64,000 nt of DNA from Massalongia carnosa (taxonomy: Eukaryota), in NCBI GenBank assembly GCA_965645245.1, contig OZ287079.1:992001-1056000 (forward strand). The letters are read 5' to 3'. The notes under the pieces are model-generated. The model made no database searches and was not told the origin of the DNA. It was given only the letters and a program-made list of their open reading frames with translations. The position numbers were made by a program, and so were the translations under genes. This document shows positions 63,164 through 64,000 of this stretch, piece by piece (position 1 is the first letter of the stretch; each line of letters starts with the position of its first letter).

Positions 63164-63604
63164 TGCGGCTCTTGAGGGGAAATAGAGCTGTTGGTGGGCG
63201 AACCAGGAGGGGGTAATGTGCCGAGTAGTATTTAAAAGAATGGGTTCGGCTTCTAGACCTTAATCCGTCTCAGTTACTTATCAACTAACCTTTGCCTTTT
63301 CAATTTCTTTTCCTTTTTCTTTCCTGTTAATTATGTTAGTCCATATAAAAAGATTGTACACCGTGGCAACGAGTGACAAGAAAGGATCGCAATTAAGGAC
63401 GTCGCAGCGGTTGATGACTGCATTTGTTAGCTTGAGATTTTCTTCCCAATTTCAATTTCCAACACCCGTCTGAATTTGCTGATTCTTAGTCAGCATGACT
63501 TCGGCACCGATTCGTGTTTACCCCCTTTTTCACCACACCCCTTTTGCACCAGCGCTAAAACTAAAAAGATTAGCAAAAAAAGTAAAGTATCATCAATGCA
63601 TATA

Positions 63605-64000
63605 CAGTCAGATCGGGTTATAAGAAACTGCTGATTAAGAAACCTCGGCTAGTAAGAAACTCGGACAAAAAGACCGGTTTTTTTCTGGTGAGGGATAAGA
63701 AACCTCGCTCTTTTAGAAAGTTTCTTAACTTTCTCTAAAAATTTTGCGGTGGTTTCTTATAGTAAATATAACTTCTCCTTCGACTTCTTTGAGATATAAT
63801 AGTCAAAATCCGGAGACTCCATCTCGAAATCCTTGAAAACGTCCTACATCCCCGCTTTCTCCTAGAGAGAGAAGCAGAAAAAAGCGTGACGCCTTTACCG
63901 ACGACCAACGACGAGCATTACGAGAGCGTTACCAAGATCCTGCTGTATCTGGAGATGACAAGAAATACGAAAAACTGGCCGTTTTGTTTGACAATCTTTA
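63605..64000 (+). mobile_element. Left end of a pogo/Tigger (CENP-B-like) transposon, cut by the window edge
   Basis: TA|CAGTCAG start, repeated TAAGAAAC motifs (four direct, two inverted), then the frame KRDAFTDDQRRALRERYQDP...YEKLAVLF, which resembles the N-terminal HTH of CENP-B-type transposases. Confidence 0.6.

Overview
Intron-rich filamentous ascomycete (Pezizomycotina) genomic DNA. The lineage-specific secreted proteins suggest a lichen-forming Lecanoromycete, but this is inference. The ORF track fragments most genes, so models were re-spliced by hand. Bases 1-15500 are accessory-like: a PH-domain gene cut by the left edge, two secreted cysteine-patterned (hydrophobin-like) genes with matching intron positions, a 263-bp CAC...GTG element with a 5-bp target duplication between them, and a disrupted HExxH gene. 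Bases 15500-64000 are mostly housekeeping: SEC62, VPS52, eIF5A, RRN7, ubiquitin-L40, a Yip1-domain gene, a GYP8-like TBC GAP, an MMS1-like gene, eIF5B, a PET309/CYA5-like PPR gene, SRP68, a rhodanese and ERG5. These are interrupted by a decayed DD37E Tc1-like element, a pogo/Fot1 element with about 187-bp TIRs nested in an older TIR element, a DUF4470/MYND pseudogene, and a pogo-like element cut by the right edge. The best leads are the atypical hydrophobin-like pair, the Transib/RAG-like miniature element, inter-intron pairing in ubiquitin-L40, and a structured region just downstream of the eIF5B stop. No database searches were possible, so novelty is unverified.
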